DNA of 63,338 nt, counting the filler, from Octopus bimaculoides (Eukaryota): NCBI RefSeq assembly GCF_001194135.2. It is 9 parts of 7 records of this genome, joined end to end, with 100 filler letters (N's around TTAATTAATTAA, not from the genome) between each part and the next. Parts side by side here need not be neighbours in the genome. Positions count along the whole stretch, not along the records: positions 23,616 to 33,930 come from NC_068990.1; positions 34,031 to 41,370 come from NC_068983.1; positions 41,471 to 47,924 come from NC_068981.1; 6 more parts are not named here. One strand, 5' to 3'. Under the pieces are notes generated by a model that worked only from the letters and a program-made list of their open reading frames with translations, was not told where the DNA came from and did no database searches. Position 1 is the stretch's first letter. Every line of letters starts with the position of its first letter. Below, in pieces: positions 28,062-42,017 of this stretch. A program made the position numbers and the translations under genes.

Positions 28062-28659
28062 AAGACAAAGAAAATTCTTTAACACATCTTTAATTATAAG
28101 TCACACATGTTTCTGTACCATCTTCATTTGCAACGCCAATTTATGCGAAAATTCTAAAAGAAAATTTATGTGATATTGTGTGGTTTTGGGCATTGGAGTG
28201 GCACTTCCTCAGACTTGCATCAAAGTCATGCTATTACACTGTGCGTCTATCAGACCTTGTTGTTAAGAAAGTATGGGGAATAAAGATATCTGCCCGATAT
28301 TTTCATAACAACAAGGTCTGATAGACGCACAATATGGGGAATAAAGATATCTGCCCNNNNNNNNNNGATATCTGCCCGATATTTTCATAACAACAAGGTC
28401 TGATAGACGCACAATATGGGGAATAAAGATATCTGCCCGATATTTTCATAACAACAAGGTCTGATAGACGCACAATGTAATAGCATGACTTTGATGCAAG
28501 TCTGAGGAAGGGCCTCTCCAATGCCCAAAACCACATAATATCACATAAATCTTCTTTTAGAATTTTCGCGTAGACTGGCGTTGCAAATGAAGATGGTACG
28601 GAAACAGGAAACATGTGTAACTTATAATTAGAGATGTGTTAAAGAATTTTCTTTGTCTT
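28062..28659. repeat. Palindromic MITE-like element with ~210-bp arms and a central 61-bp tandem repeat
   Basis: 28062-28270 is the reverse complement of 28444-28659; unit atggggaataaagatatctgcccgatattttcataacaacaaggtctgatagacgcacaat repeated in the loop. Confidence 0.85.
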
Positions 28660-29008
28660 TTTCTTTTCATTGGTATATTTATATATATATATATATTATT
28701 GTGTCTTGGGAGTGTGTGTGTGTATGTGTGTTAATTAAACAACATTTGGATAAAAACGTTGTACTATGCTTTGGAAAGCTCGTTCACAGTCGCTGGCTAG
28801 AAGATGTCTCATACAGCGTGAAATGAAGGTATGATCTGACATTTAAATATCTAAACAATCACCTGAATAAACACATCTTACACCTTTGATGGATGATGGT
28901 GATTACACAATATGTTGGTTAAATCATCTCACCGCTGTACTACGAGTGCAAAAATATGTCGAAAGAATTTCAAATGATTTTAAATAAAGAATGCCGGTCA
29001 ACGCATTC

Positions 29009-29043
<35 letters not shown>

Positions 29044-29097
29044 ATCTATCTATCTATACAGTGTGTGTGCNNNNNNNNNNNNNNNNNNNNNNNNNNN

Positions 29098-29148
<51 letters not shown>

Positions 29149-29774
29149 TTCTTATATAGAAATATGTGTGTGTGTGTGTGTGTGAGTTGCGTTTTCTGCA
29201 TCCAATCGAAGGCATGTCATGAACGCTTAAGTTACGTAAATGTATGTAACAAAACGCGATTTTAATGTAATCTTCCATTTTACGAAATTTCCTGGAAAGT
29301 GGCATGTACATGTCTGTACCTTGCATGAATTTTAAGGATTCTTGTATTTGAATTTCCATCCCTTGTCTTAAGTACATCTGTACATATGTGTGCATGTGTA
29401 TGTCTGTCTGTCTTTCTGTCTGGCTGTCTGTCTGTCTGTATGTACGTATGTATGTATACATGAACGTATGCATGTGTGTGTCGCATACTCACATACTCAC
29501 ACTGATACATGTACTGTGCGGATAGGTATATGTCTACATGTATGGTTGCATATATATGTGCATATATAGGCCTATGTGTGCATGTATGTGTTTCACGCGA
29601 GTGTGATTGAGCATATGCATATAGACACATGTACGTGGCTTTGCGTGAGCGCATGTGTATGTACGTACATGCGCGCATACGCGTTTTCTATGAACATTTT
29701 GACTTTTTTACTTTCTTCTCTTCGGGTTTGTCCCCTTATTTAACGGCCATTCACACACACACTACACACACACA

Positions 29775-29819
<45 letters not shown>

Positions 29820-29825
<6 letters not shown>

Positions 29826-29977
29826 AGATTCTTTCAGTTTCCACCTACGAATTCCACTTACAAGGCTTTGGTCAGTCCGAGGCTATAGTAGAAGACACTC
29901 GCCCAATGTGTCACGCAGTGAGACTGAACCCAGAACCTCGTGATCGGGAAACAAGCTTCTTACCACACAGCCACGCC
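29820..29977 (-). mobile_element. SINE family B 5' half
   Basis: ttctttcagtttccacc...gaagacactcgcccaatgtgtcacgcagtgagactgaacc...cttaccacacagcca. Confidence 0.75.
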
Positions 29978-32029
29978 GAGTAGATAGCGAGAAAGTGTGA
30001 GAGAGAAAGAAAGAGAAAGAAAGAAACAAACAAAGAAACAAAGGAAGAAAGAAAGAAAGGAAGAAAGAAAGAGAGGAGAAAGAAATAAAGAAAGAAAGGA
30101 AGGAAGGAAGGAAGGAAAAAGAAAGAAATAAAGAAAGAAAGGAATTATAGAGACAAGGGAAAATAACAAAGTAAGTGTGAAGTGCGTAGAATAAGTGCAA
30201 CACAATGCAATATATTGCACTGACTGCACATTAAAATTGATTATGCAACTTGGTCGGTGAGATGGACAGACATACTAATCGATGGTCAGATAGATCGATA
30301 GCCCTAGATATTATATGACAAACAGAACAATCAAAGAAGGCCGGTAAGGTCAGTAGAGTTGGTTAACAAGTCTACATTGCAATCTGTTACTCATCCACCC
30401 CGATAGGTTTTTATCCCCAACCCACCCCAGTCTTACTCACCACTTGGTAAACGGAAGCTTTAGACAATGCTAATTAATACACGATATTCGTGTGAAATGC
30501 TGCAGGTGCCAATCCCGAAACCCAGTCTTCAGTGAAGCTCTATATTATTACGTTAATAAAAAAAAATCTGATAGGCTGTAATTGTTGCTGCATAATTTCC
30601 AACTTGTATAGCAGTTTTGTATTGTCTCGTCGTGTATATATATGAATGTATGTATGTATGTGTGTATGTATGTATGCAAGAAATAATTGAGATTCAGATG
30701 AATTAGGTACTTAAGCCGAAGCACCAAATCAGTGCGGTTTTATCCGTAGAACTCAAACTAAGGTGAATAAAATCAAAATAAGCAACACGATATCACCTCT
30801 TGATATCCTTTTGCTTATTTTGATTACAGATATATGTATATATATATATATATATATNNNNNNNNNNNNNNNNNNNNNNNNNNNNNNNNNNNNNNNNNNN
30901 NNNNNNNNNNNNNNNNNNNNNATATATATAAAGAGAAAGAGAGATAGAGAGAGAGAACGGGGAGAGAAACAGATGATTGCAATGTGCTTGTGTGTTTGTG
31001 TCCTTCGTTAAAAATATTTATTGTAAATTTTATATATGCACGCTCGCGGGCGCATGCTCAGACACATGCATATTCATATGCGCATATACATAACGATTCA
31101 AGATAATAATTACTGTAGAATCATTTGTCATTCTTTTTTTTCATTTGTACTGAGAAACCTTTCAAAATATATTGCGTATATAATGGTGTTTAAAGAGTGA
31201 GTAAACGGGAGAGATTGTAGAAAGGGAGGAAGAGTGAAACCAAAAGTCTAAAATTGAAGAAAGTGGAAGGAAGAAAAGTTGTCTAGATTTTGTGTGAAAT
31301 GTTATTTCGGTGAAATACTTTTCCGGCAGACATGGTGTACATATTTATGATAATGCAGAGATTTTGACTTTACAAAACACGTATTTCACTCTCAAGGACC
31401 ATGAGCCATTTTGCAAACTACCGCTTCGATTGTCTTATCATTCTTATCAAAAGAGACATTAGGATTTGTATGATTTCAGAACTTCACCATGCTGCACTTA
31501 CTTCTTAGACATATCACTAATCGATTGATCAGTTGGTTTAAACCCCACTCGGTCAAAAATGAAAATAGATTTACTGAATTTTCTTGATTGATGTACTCAT
31601 TATTTCAAAGAAGCTCATTACATAATTCAATGCGCAAGAAAATTCATAATATTCTACGTTAATAGCGACTGGATATAAAAAAAAAAGACAAAGCAAATCT
31701 AACCGATATCCTATTTTATGTGATCACAGGGTGCAAAGTTTCGATTGAATCTGGTGCTATTGATGTATTATATTTCAAACCGTCTGCGGTCTAAGATTAC
31801 TCATATTCTTTTTTAAATATTTTTTATTTTAGAAACATTAAGAGAAGAGCAGATGCTAACTTCTCCAAATACATATGGTCGCTAAAAGAACACAGGAAAA
31901 GAACACAGCTATAGGATGAGAGGGAAAATTATAAACCGGTTCCAAACCGACGGAGATCCATTAGCTTTATTTCATGCACGCGTTCATATGTCTACCACAT
32001 TTCTACATATATGTATTCGTTTACATTCT

Positions 32030-32287
32030 TCAGTCATTTGACAGCGGCCATGCTGGAGTACTGGCTTGTTTTTATCGAACAGTTGGATCTCAGGACTTAC
32101 TCTTTGTAAGCCTAATACTTATCCTACCGGTCTCTTTGCCGAACCGCTGGGTTACGGGGACGTAAACATACCACCACCAGCTGGGGGACAAACACAGACA
32201 GACACACACATAAACGAAGAGCTTCTTTCAGTTTCCGCCTACCAAATCTACTCACAAGGCCTTAGTCAGACACTTGCCCAAGGTGCC
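32030..32287 (-). mobile_element. SINE family B copy, head truncated
   Basis: Reverse-complement similarity to 54830-55110. Confidence 0.75.
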
Positions 32288-32777
32288 TAAGGTAACTCTT
32301 TTCCAATATTAAGATGGCTTCTAGTCCTCTATGTCAGCAAACCTTTTCTCGACTACAATCTTAATCTTTCTGCTCTTCAAAGCCGTTGACTTTTCATCAA
32401 TACAGCAAGCTGTTACTGAAAAGAGGTGACATAAAAATCGTCAAATTTAACCCCCGTACACTCTGTATCTATACAGGTTCCTTACAAAGGATTTTTAGAC
32501 ATTTTTAACACGTCCAGACATTTAAACACGTTCCTTTAGCATCGAGAAGCCTATAGCATCGAGAAAGTTATTGTAAACACGAAAAGAAGTCTTGACTAAA
32601 AGTGTGTATATGAAGACGCTTCAAATACTATATAATCAGTCGCCCGTTCATCGGGAACGTGAAACTTCGAGCATTGGCTTACACAGATTCAAATTTCAAC
32701 AAACATTATTCCACTGCTTCACCATTCTAGGTACTTACATGCAATCATAAATCCTCGCTTTTTCAATGCATAACATG

Positions 32778-32814
<37 letters not shown>

Positions 32815-33399
32815 GTGTATGTGTGCATACGTAGGTACATACACATACATATACTAATGGTATATTGCCAACACAGTAAAGATATATAATAAATTCATTA
32901 ATACAAAGCATTCACCATCTTCCCAAAATACCCACCCAGCTTGACGTCACATATCACATGACTAGTTTTGTTTCTCTTAATGGCTTCTCTTCGTATCCAC
33001 TGATGAACATTATCATCCAGTCTGTTTTCTTAATTACATAGGTAACTATATAATTAAGCTTATGATATAGGTTTAACTATAGAGTTACCTCCTCACGTAT
33101 ACGGACAGATACACAACATACATACATACAATATGGGTGTGTACACTATAATAATATAAAGATATGTGTGTATATTTTGAGAGTGAAATATACATATATA
33201 TACGTATTGATATAGATATAGAGATGTATGTCTGTATACATTATACATACACACACTAACATATATGCCTATATATACATAAACACGTATATATACGTAT
33301 ATTCATACATATATACACATATAGACATACATGCATATATATGTATATGTATTGATATATGTAGTTACGTGCATGCATGCTTAGATATATACATGTGTG

Positions 33400-33484
<85 letters not shown>

Positions 33485-33885
33485 CCATGTGGGGTCCCCC
33501 CTCTTTTCTATCATGCTGGAAGGAGAAATCATTTTCTGTATTCAGAGACGTGATAGAGAGGCAGTATTATAAAGAGTGATTGATCAGATAGATGAATAGA
33601 TAGGGAGATAGGAAAAGAAAAAAGAAAGAAAAGAAGGAAAGAAGGAAGGAAGGAAGGAAGGAAGAAAGGAAGGAAGGAAGGACAGAAAAATAAGTAACCA
33701 AGGAGCGTAGCTATTTCTCCCTCTTAACTCTTCAACAAGAAGTCCGTGAGCGAGGTGTTATCACTCGCAAAGAGGTGAAGAGATTCTGTCCAAATTATGC
33801 GTTAGCGAATGGATTACGAAAAAATGTACAAACATACACAGACACATATATGCATTATATGTCTATCGACGTGTGTGGCCATGCC

Positions 33886-33930
<45 letters not shown>

Positions 33931-34030
33931 NNNNNNNNNNNNNNNNNNNNNNNNNNNNNNNNNNNNNNNNNNNNTTAATTAATTAANNNNNNNNNNNNNN
34001 NNNNNNNNNNNNNNNNNNNNNNNNNNNNNN

Positions 34031-34284
34031 GCAAGTGGCTGAGCACTCCACAGACACGTGTACCCTTAACGTAGTTCTCGGGGATATTCAGCGTGACACA
34101 GTGTGACAAGGGAAAGTTGTGGTGAAAGAGTACAGCAGGGTTTTCCACCATCCCCTGCCGGAGCCTCGTGGAGCTTTAGGTGTTTTCGCTCAATAAACAC
34201 TCACAACGCCTGGTCTGGGAATCGAAACCGCGATCCTATGACCACGAGTCCACTGCCCTAACCACTGGGCCATTGCGTCTCCAC
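34031..34284 (-). mobile_element. SINE family A copy (5' part)
   Basis: Reverse complement of 55572-55870. Confidence 0.85.
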
Positions 34285-35135
34285 TCATAAATCAATATTA
34301 TATGGAGATTGAACAAGTGTGAGCTAGGCAGTTTTGTTGTTCAGCATGCATCTGAGATTGTTCTGGTTGATGGTGATTCCATCAGTCATACCAGTAGTTT
34401 TAGTAAATACACAATACTCCTACTCACTGTAGCATTGCTGACCAAGAACTTTTGGAAATTGTTCATAACCCAGACATGAAAATCCTCCAAAAGAAATTAC
34501 TCAGACAGTGCTCATCAATTAATCCTAGATTACAATCTATCATACCTTCCAATAACCTTCTACAGAATACAAAGAATGATGTTTCACTGGATGCCTAGTA
34601 TCTAACTGTAGAATGTAATGAGTGCATGGCAGGACTCCAGATGGCAAAGTCCAACCTCTGTCTATACCTGACCCAGGACTGCAATGTCTCACAAACAACA
34701 ACATCTCATTATCATCTTCTCGGAATGTTTGCATCTGTCATAACTTGAGTATTTTCCAGCACATTCAAATACTCCTCTGGAGTGGATATTAGCAACAGAC
34801 GAGCTTCTTGACCAGCAGGAATTGTCCCTCCACACAAAACAAAAGAGCATAGGCTCCAATTTAGAATAGTAACAACCACAGGAATAATACCTATAATCTA
34901 AGCGATATTTTTGGCAACATTTATTATATTCAGTACAAAATACTACACATGAAAAATGTAAGCTTGAAAACTGCATCTGACTGCAACAAATGCACATATG
35001 TATAATTAACTTTCTTCTCATCATCATCATCATATTAACATCTGAGAATCAGTGAATGTTGCATAACTTGACATAACTGGCAAATCTATATTTCCTTTCA
35101 TTCTCTGTCATTTCACATATATATATGTCTTGTCT

Positions 35136-35178
<43 letters not shown>

Positions 35179-35419
35179 CCATCGTCGCATCATCATCAGT
35201 ATTTTGACATCTACCTTTTCATGTTTGCATAGGTCAGATAGAATTTATGAACCCAGATTTTCTATGGCCGGATGCTCTTCCTGTTGCTAACTCTGATCAA
35301 TGCTTCCTCAGAGGCAACCAGGTTTTCACCAAGACTGGAAATGAAGAACACTGCTTGTAAGATGGTGATGCTTGTCACAATTTTTGCATGATGTCAAGAC
35401 ATGGACACACACACACACA

Positions 35420-35552
35420 CACAACAGGTTTCTTTCAATTTCCATTAACCAAATCTACTCACAAGGATTTGGTCAGCCCAAGGAAATAGCAGGTCATTTG
35501 CCTGACATGCCACACAATGGGACTGAACTTAAAATCATGTGGTTGGGAAGCA
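35420..35552 (-). mobile_element. SINE family B 5' half
   Basis: ccaaatctactcacaagg...gactgaac...atgtggttgggaagcaag. Confidence 0.65.
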
Positions 35553-35564
35553 AGTATCAGCTAT

Positions 35565-35653
<89 letters not shown>

Positions 35654-38600
35654 CACACATATACACCTATGTACTTGAGATAAACAAGCAGAAAATCATA
35701 ATGATGTGAGCCAGAAATAGGAGGGTTATGATAATGCTTGTTTCTATAATAATTCATTGTTTCTTAAAATGGTACAATGCTACAAACTGTGTACAGGGAA
35801 GTGTTGTTAACTAAATCAACCTCAGTGCAAGCCTAGTATTTTACTTATCCTCTTACAATCAATAATAATAATAATAATAATTATGTCTTTTCATAAGACC
35901 CAAGGCCAAATTTTGTAGTGAAAGGGTGTTACAAATCAAGCTAATCACATTATATTCGTACTTATTCCAATAATCCTATAAGAGAAAAGGCAAAGTTGGC
36001 ATTAACAAGACTTGGAGCTGGAACACAGAGGAACAAAACTAAATACTCCCGGCTCAATGAGAGCACTTAGTAATATTTCTTATACTTTATAAAACATGCA
36101 CTTATTTTTATAACCTGGGTAAGGCTGAAAGCAAAGTTGAATCAAGTAGAAGGTAAACTAAGAAAAGAAAAGAAACAAAACTAGTGCAGATGTTATCACA
36201 GCTCAGGGGGGAGTTAAAGAGAACAAAACTGTTGAGAATAACATCATTACATGGTGTCTGAAAGATTTTCACAAAATTTACTCTGTTGCAAGAATTCAGA
36301 ACTTCATACCCATAAAGGCTACTTTACTGATTTGCAAAAATTCATACCCAAATAAGCGGCAATCATTATGCACTGTATTGGTTTTTTCTCCCTACCTCTT
36401 CTACAAATACTTCAACAGCCTCCGTTCCACTGAACTAGAAAGCTGTTTACTACCTCTGTATCAGTCCTACCCAACAAATATACTGCATTTCATCAGCCTT
36501 CACAAAGTGCACTTTGCCATTCATTCTCCACCAAAACTACAGCCTTCTTGAATTCTTTCACGATCCATGTTCCCTTTCAGATGTTGACCAATAAAACATC
36601 AAACTGAGTATCAGCTATATCAATTACACTTATCTGTGCGAGCCTCTTATTAATTAATAATAATAAACAAATATATTTATCAGAGAGAAATATCTCTGGA
36701 TAAACTGTCTCAAAACATGTCTGTATTCTTGTTATTGATGCCAGAACAACAAAATGATAAGCAGAACCTAACAGAATATAAACTCAAGAAAAAAAAAAAG
36801 AGAAAGAGAACTAACTGCTGTAAGGCATTTAGTTTGTTGTGCTACTTTCTGGCACTCCTCCACCACTGTATGTATTTTTTAATTGTTTTTGTTAATAAGA
36901 AAATATTATAAATAAATAGAACTGTTTTCAGTAAGACATTTCTTTATTCTTATGAACATGCAAGAAATAAAAAATTGAAGCCCCAAAGCTTTTAGAGCAG
37001 CAAAGAAACTATGATGTTTGTTAATCTTTAGTCTAGATTAAATAAAACTCAAGTAAATTTCAGAATACAATTTCAATTTTACAAAGATTCATTTAGCAGA
37101 AAATAGATAAGAATTACCAACTAGCACTGGTTACAAACCATTGTGCAGTGTAATAATGAGTAAGAATCTTCCCAAAATATATAAGAGAAGTGATAGAGAA
37201 AGCAGAAAGCAGCAAGAGTGTATAAACCAAAATAGAGTTGCAATAATTCTGTCATAGATAATACCTTAAAGAATATAGCCTTTATTTTCTTTTAGAGTTG
37301 GTTAAGGAATATGCTGCAAAAAAAAAACCCACCAGCCCAAATGAGTGTGTAGCAGTAGTAGTCTAAAATTCACCTGACCTTGAACTTGTACATAACATCA
37401 GAAATAACTGGTAGAAGTACTTCCAAACTCAGTAGGAAAAATCTGTTTCTCGACAAAGGCTTCAAAACACTTAGTGTTTTTTTACACCTGTCTGATCCTG
37501 AGAGTGCAATACTATGCCCTTTGGGGGAAATAGCTGGAGTATAAAGATTATTCATTGTAAGAATGGGAAGTTCAATTTTTTCATAAATTCTTTAACAGTT
37601 CATATTCATATTTGCTTGAAAGAAGTTATGTCCTTAAGACCTTTGTAAAAGATTGAACCTAATCCATATTAAACCTAGAATAATCAATGGATTTATAAGT
37701 GAAGAAAAAAGGTTAAGAGAAGAAGAAAATATTTTTATATTTCCTTAAAAATATCTTGACTTGTTTTTGGTAAAATCATTTTGACTATTAGTTCAAATAA
37801 ATGGAAGATTCAGTTTAGAGTGAGGACTAAAACTCTGCTAAGTTCAATCAATGATGGCAGCCTCATCCTTTTGGGGTTTTTTTATGGTAATACATAAATC
37901 TACAAAAACTACCAATGTTGTTTTGATGCGAATTCAGCAGAACAATATGCATTTTTAAACAATCATATTTTCTCTTTTCTATAATTAGCTACCCATAAAA
38001 ATGTAATCCTATATTCAAATTGTCATTCAAAAAAACTTTGAATCACATGCTAATTATAATGGCTCTTGAGAATTGAAATAACAATGGTCTTATTCTCTGC
38101 TTTATAAAGTACAATTGGCAGTACTATTTCCAAAAAGGAAGTATACAGCAAGAAGAATTTCATCATCAAGTGAAGTTAAATATTCAAACAATAAAGATGG
38201 TGCTTAACCTTTTAACATTCAAACCAGCCTAAATATTCTACCTATTTTATGTTTAGACTGGCCAGATCCAACCTCTTACACCTATCCTACAATGTGATTC
38301 TAAAAATTAACAATCACATCATTGAAATCTCAAAGCTACATTATATTGCATGACTAATTTAAAGCAATGTGAATAAATATGCATTACAATTAACAGAGTA
38401 ATTTGAATGCTAAAGGATTAAATGCTCCAGTTATCTGAAAAAGATGCATTGTAATGGAATTGTTGGTGATGGGTTCTTTTGGGTTTTTTTACATCAAATG
38501 AGTAATGCTGCGCAAGATGAAATTTAACATCACACTGTCAAGTGCTTATATATCCATCTTAAATAGCCACTGAAAAAGCAAGCCATTACATCTGCCTCAA

Positions 38601-39043
38601 GTAAGAGGACAAGTGGTGCAGCAAGAACAAGCATTGAAGAAGGTGGAAACATCTGGTCCTGAAACCACAGCATTTGACTCAATGAAGTTTACGCTGTTGA
38701 GTGAGAGTTCTGTCACTGACATCAGCGGGTGACCCCCAGGCAGCTTTAGTGATATGGTCAAAGGGACTGAAACACCTACAGAGCTGCTTCACCACCTGAT
38801 GAGATGCTGACATCTGCATTTAGAGTACAGAAGCACCCTCAGTACACAAAATTATCTTAAAATATTTAAAAAATTACTCCCACTTGAATATTAGAAATGA
38901 AGTCTAATCTCAACCAGTTAAATTCTGTCAAAATCCAATATATTTCAGAAAAATATCAGATTAAGTGTTTACAAACTATAAAACAAGGAATGAAGAATAT
39001 TTGCAAATCATGATTAATTTATAATTATGAAAAGAATACAAAC

Positions 39044-39134
39044 CTGTATTTTTCTGTGGGCTGCCCATTACGAAAGAAGTTGAGTTCATAGTTTTACACA
39101 ACTGAACTTCACAATCGGAGCTGATGACACTAAC
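39044..39134 (-). other. Candidate exon (91 nt) bounded by splice signals
   Basis: Acceptor gttatttcatcag|, donor ACAG|GTTTGT; frame 0 reads VSVISSDCEVQLCKTMNSTSFVMGSPQKNT; joined after a phase-1 exon it gives Gly-stop. Confidence 0.3.
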
Positions 39135-39809
39135 CTGATGAAATAACATTAATAATAACAGAATGAATAAATAAATGAATAAATAACAGTAACATGGCCA
39201 ATATCATTACGAAAATAAGTTAAAGAAAAACAATACATGCAAAACCATAGAAGGGCCAATAATTTCTCACAGAAAAACTGATATGCAACTGAAACTCTAA
39301 TGATGGACCAATGTAGATGCAGTACAACATGAATTTCTCCAAATTTCCCCTTTCTCTTCCAATAAGTAGTCTATTTACATGCTTAATCAGGATTCACTAG
39401 ACTAGTCATGGATTCCAATGCAGTACTGCCTCAAACCCAGTATTATTTCACAGTCTGAGAAATGCCTTATCAATCACCATTCGTCAAACCCCTAAATTAC
39501 AAGACATAAATACTGTCACAGTGCTTTTGCAAGTGATGTCAATGTAATGGCAGACACATAAACACAGACATGCTCACATGTATACTTGTAGGGCTGGCCT
39601 TAAGCCAATTGGGCAGATTGCTGCCAATCGGGCCCAGGGACCAAGAGGGCCCCACACTCAGGAAGGCCACATCCTATACTGCAACAGACATTTTATGAAG
39701 GTGTTCTCCCTAAAGTTTACAAACTCTATGCTTGGAATGACCAATTTTATATATATGTACATATATTTATAAATATACATATATATATATATTGAAATGT
39801 ATATATATT

Positions 39810-39840
<31 letters not shown>

Positions 39841-40155
39841 TAATATATATATATTTTTATATATATATATATATTAATATATATATATTTTTTATATATA
39901 TATACATATATATATATTAATATATTAGAAGGTTTGGAGGTGATGTTCAGGTATAATATATTAGAAAAAATAAGGTACTCAGAGATCTGGATGATTGTAC
40001 ATTTACAGATTTTTATTAAAATGTCACATGTTTCTATAAATCATAAATTAGCGCTTGCATCTATTCTAGTGCAATAAAACATTTGACATATTAATAAAAA
40101 TCTGTAAATGTACAACCATCCAGATCTCTGAGTACCTTATTTTTTTTAATATATA

Positions 40156-40191
<36 letters not shown>

Positions 40192-40324
40192 CATGTATAT
40201 ATTAATAAATATTTTTTTTTATATATATTTATATATATACATATATATTAATATTTACTATTTTACTATTTTAAAATGTTTCAGCTTTAAAGCTGCAATC
40301 ATGCTGGAGCACCACCGTTGACTG

Positions 40325-41370
40325 AGCTACACCATTACTTGGAATCTCCTGTAATATGTGGCATTTGATCAAACAGCAGCTGTTTTACCACCCATTCGTA
40401 GTGTTGCAGGAGCTGTGTCAAACAGCTTCTACCTGGTTGAAATCCATGCTGGGTGTCAGTCAGCAAGTCATTTTCTTCTAGGAACATGATTAGTTTCTTG
40501 TGGACTATTCGTTCCATGACTTCGCTGATGTGTGAGGTCAGCGAGATAGGCCTATCATTTTTAGCATCTGCTCTGCTTCCTCTCTTATGGATAGGGCATA
40601 TTATTCCTTCCTTCAGTTTGTCTGGGAGCTTACCTCTTGCAAGGACGCTCTGGAAGAGAAGCAGCAGTGGTTTTGTAAGGGCTCACTTGCACAGTTTGAG
40701 TAGAACCGCTGGAAATCCATCCGGGCCAACCATTGAGTTTGTGTCAACCTCATCTATGGCCAGTGTTGCCATCTTCAATGTTTATATACTCAATTCTTTT
40801 AACCTCTTAGGTTTTAGGTAATGTGGCAAAGAAATCCACTGGTTTGTTCCCTTGATTGTGTTCCAGCGGTGTAGCGAACATACTTTGCAACTGTTCGTTC
40901 AGTATTTCACTTACCCTCATGGGGTTTCCTGTGAGGGAGCCATTTTTGGAAGAGGGGACCTATCTTGTGGTGCATTGAGGCTGTTTCTTTGGCAAACTTA
41001 AAGAAAGCTTCAGGGTTTGACTTGATATTTTCTATAACCCAAGCTTCTTTATTCGCTCTCTCCTATTCATGAGACTCATGCAGACGTTTCTCAATTTCCA
41101 ATAGCACTCTCCCCAGACAAGACTTCTCACAACTTTTGGGATGCTTGCTCAGGCGGTTCATAATCTTTGTCCATCGTTTCATAAGGATCTTCCTTTCTCT
41201 CATATATTTATGTGTATATGTAGTTTTGGAATCAGTAGTTCTTTGGCTGCTATTTCTGAATTCTCAGTATGTTGGAGAAGCAGGTTACTGTCAATCCCTA
41301 TATATTTATGATTATAAATGATTTTACCGAAAAGGTTCTGGAGATTTCTGCGGGACAACCTGTTGAAAGC
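40325..41370 (-). mobile_element. CR1-like LINE ORF2 fragment (linker and N-terminal RT region)
   Basis: MERIVHKKLIMFLEENDLLTDTQHGFQPGRSCLTQLL matches the RT domain-1/2 motif (QHGF...RSCLTQL); degenerate. Confidence 0.85.
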
Positions 41371-41414
41371 NNNNNNNNNNNNNNNNNNNNNNNNNNNNNN
41401 NNNNNNNNNNNNNN

Positions 41415-41426
41415 TTAATTAATTAA
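41415..41426. other. Synthetic scaffold linker TTAATTAATTAA (also at 3358, 8425, 16113, 23560, 33975, 47969, 60552)
   Basis: Always 44 N + 12 nt + 44 N = 100 bp; palindromic with stop codons in all six frames. Confidence 0.92.
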
Positions 41427-41779
41427 NNNNNNNNNNNNNNNNNNNNNNNNNNNNNNNNNNNNNNNNNNNNGATATCAGAATATTTATGAACAGTTATTTC
41501 GTGATTTACTCTTCAGATATTTACAAATAGATATTGCAACTCTTGGTTATATTTGTAGATATGTCATTAACGTTCATGAAAGTCTAGGGTCTTCCTGTAT
41601 ACAAAGAGGTCCTGTAACATATACTTTACAAGTAGATACATGTTTCTGTATACTTATATATATATAATGCATAGCTGGTGTCTCCGTGTAAGCTTTGTGC
41701 TTGTGTAAGTTTGAGCGGTCACGTGTATGTATGCATCCATGAATATATGTATCTGTATATATGTATATGTAATTCATAC

Positions 41780-41842
41780 CTGGTGTCTCCAGCTCTAAAT
41801 TTTCCGTCTCCTCGGTCTCAGGCTCTAAGTTCTCTTCAAATT
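41780..41842 (-). CDS. Acidic repeat exon A (63 nt, phase 1-1): EFEENLEPETEETENLELETP
   Basis: Acceptor tttccattcttctag|AATTTGAA, donor CCAG|GTATGAATT; 15 nt shorter than the 78-nt paralogs with frame kept. Confidence 0.75.
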
Positions 41843-41892
41843 CTAGAAGAATGGAAACGAGAACTCATTTAAAGTTTTATATATACATTTGT

Positions 41893-41931
<39 letters not shown>

Positions 41932-41947
41932 TGTGTGNNNNNNNNNN

Positions 41948-42017
41948 TAACCCTAACCCTAACCCTAAAACCCTAACCCTAACTCTAAAACCCGAACACT
42001 AGCCCTAAACCCTATAG
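41948..42017. repeat. Interstitial telomere-like (TAACCC)n, degenerating
   Basis: taaccctaaccctaaccctaaaaccctaaccctaactctaaaacccg. Confidence 0.7.

Noticed and set aside
28273-28476. 61-bp repeats resembling a CRISPR-like array
   Set aside because: Units are contiguous with no unique spacers; eukaryotic context.
34689-35033. Cys-rich 114-aa ORF suggestive of a toxin or disulfide-rich peptide
   Set aside because: Starts in a (GAT)n microsatellite, has no signal peptide or recognisable Cys framework, and overlaps alternative frames of equal plausibility.
38560-38830. GC-balanced segment with short open frames on both strands
   Set aside because: Stops in all frames, no convincing splice pair or recognisable motif.
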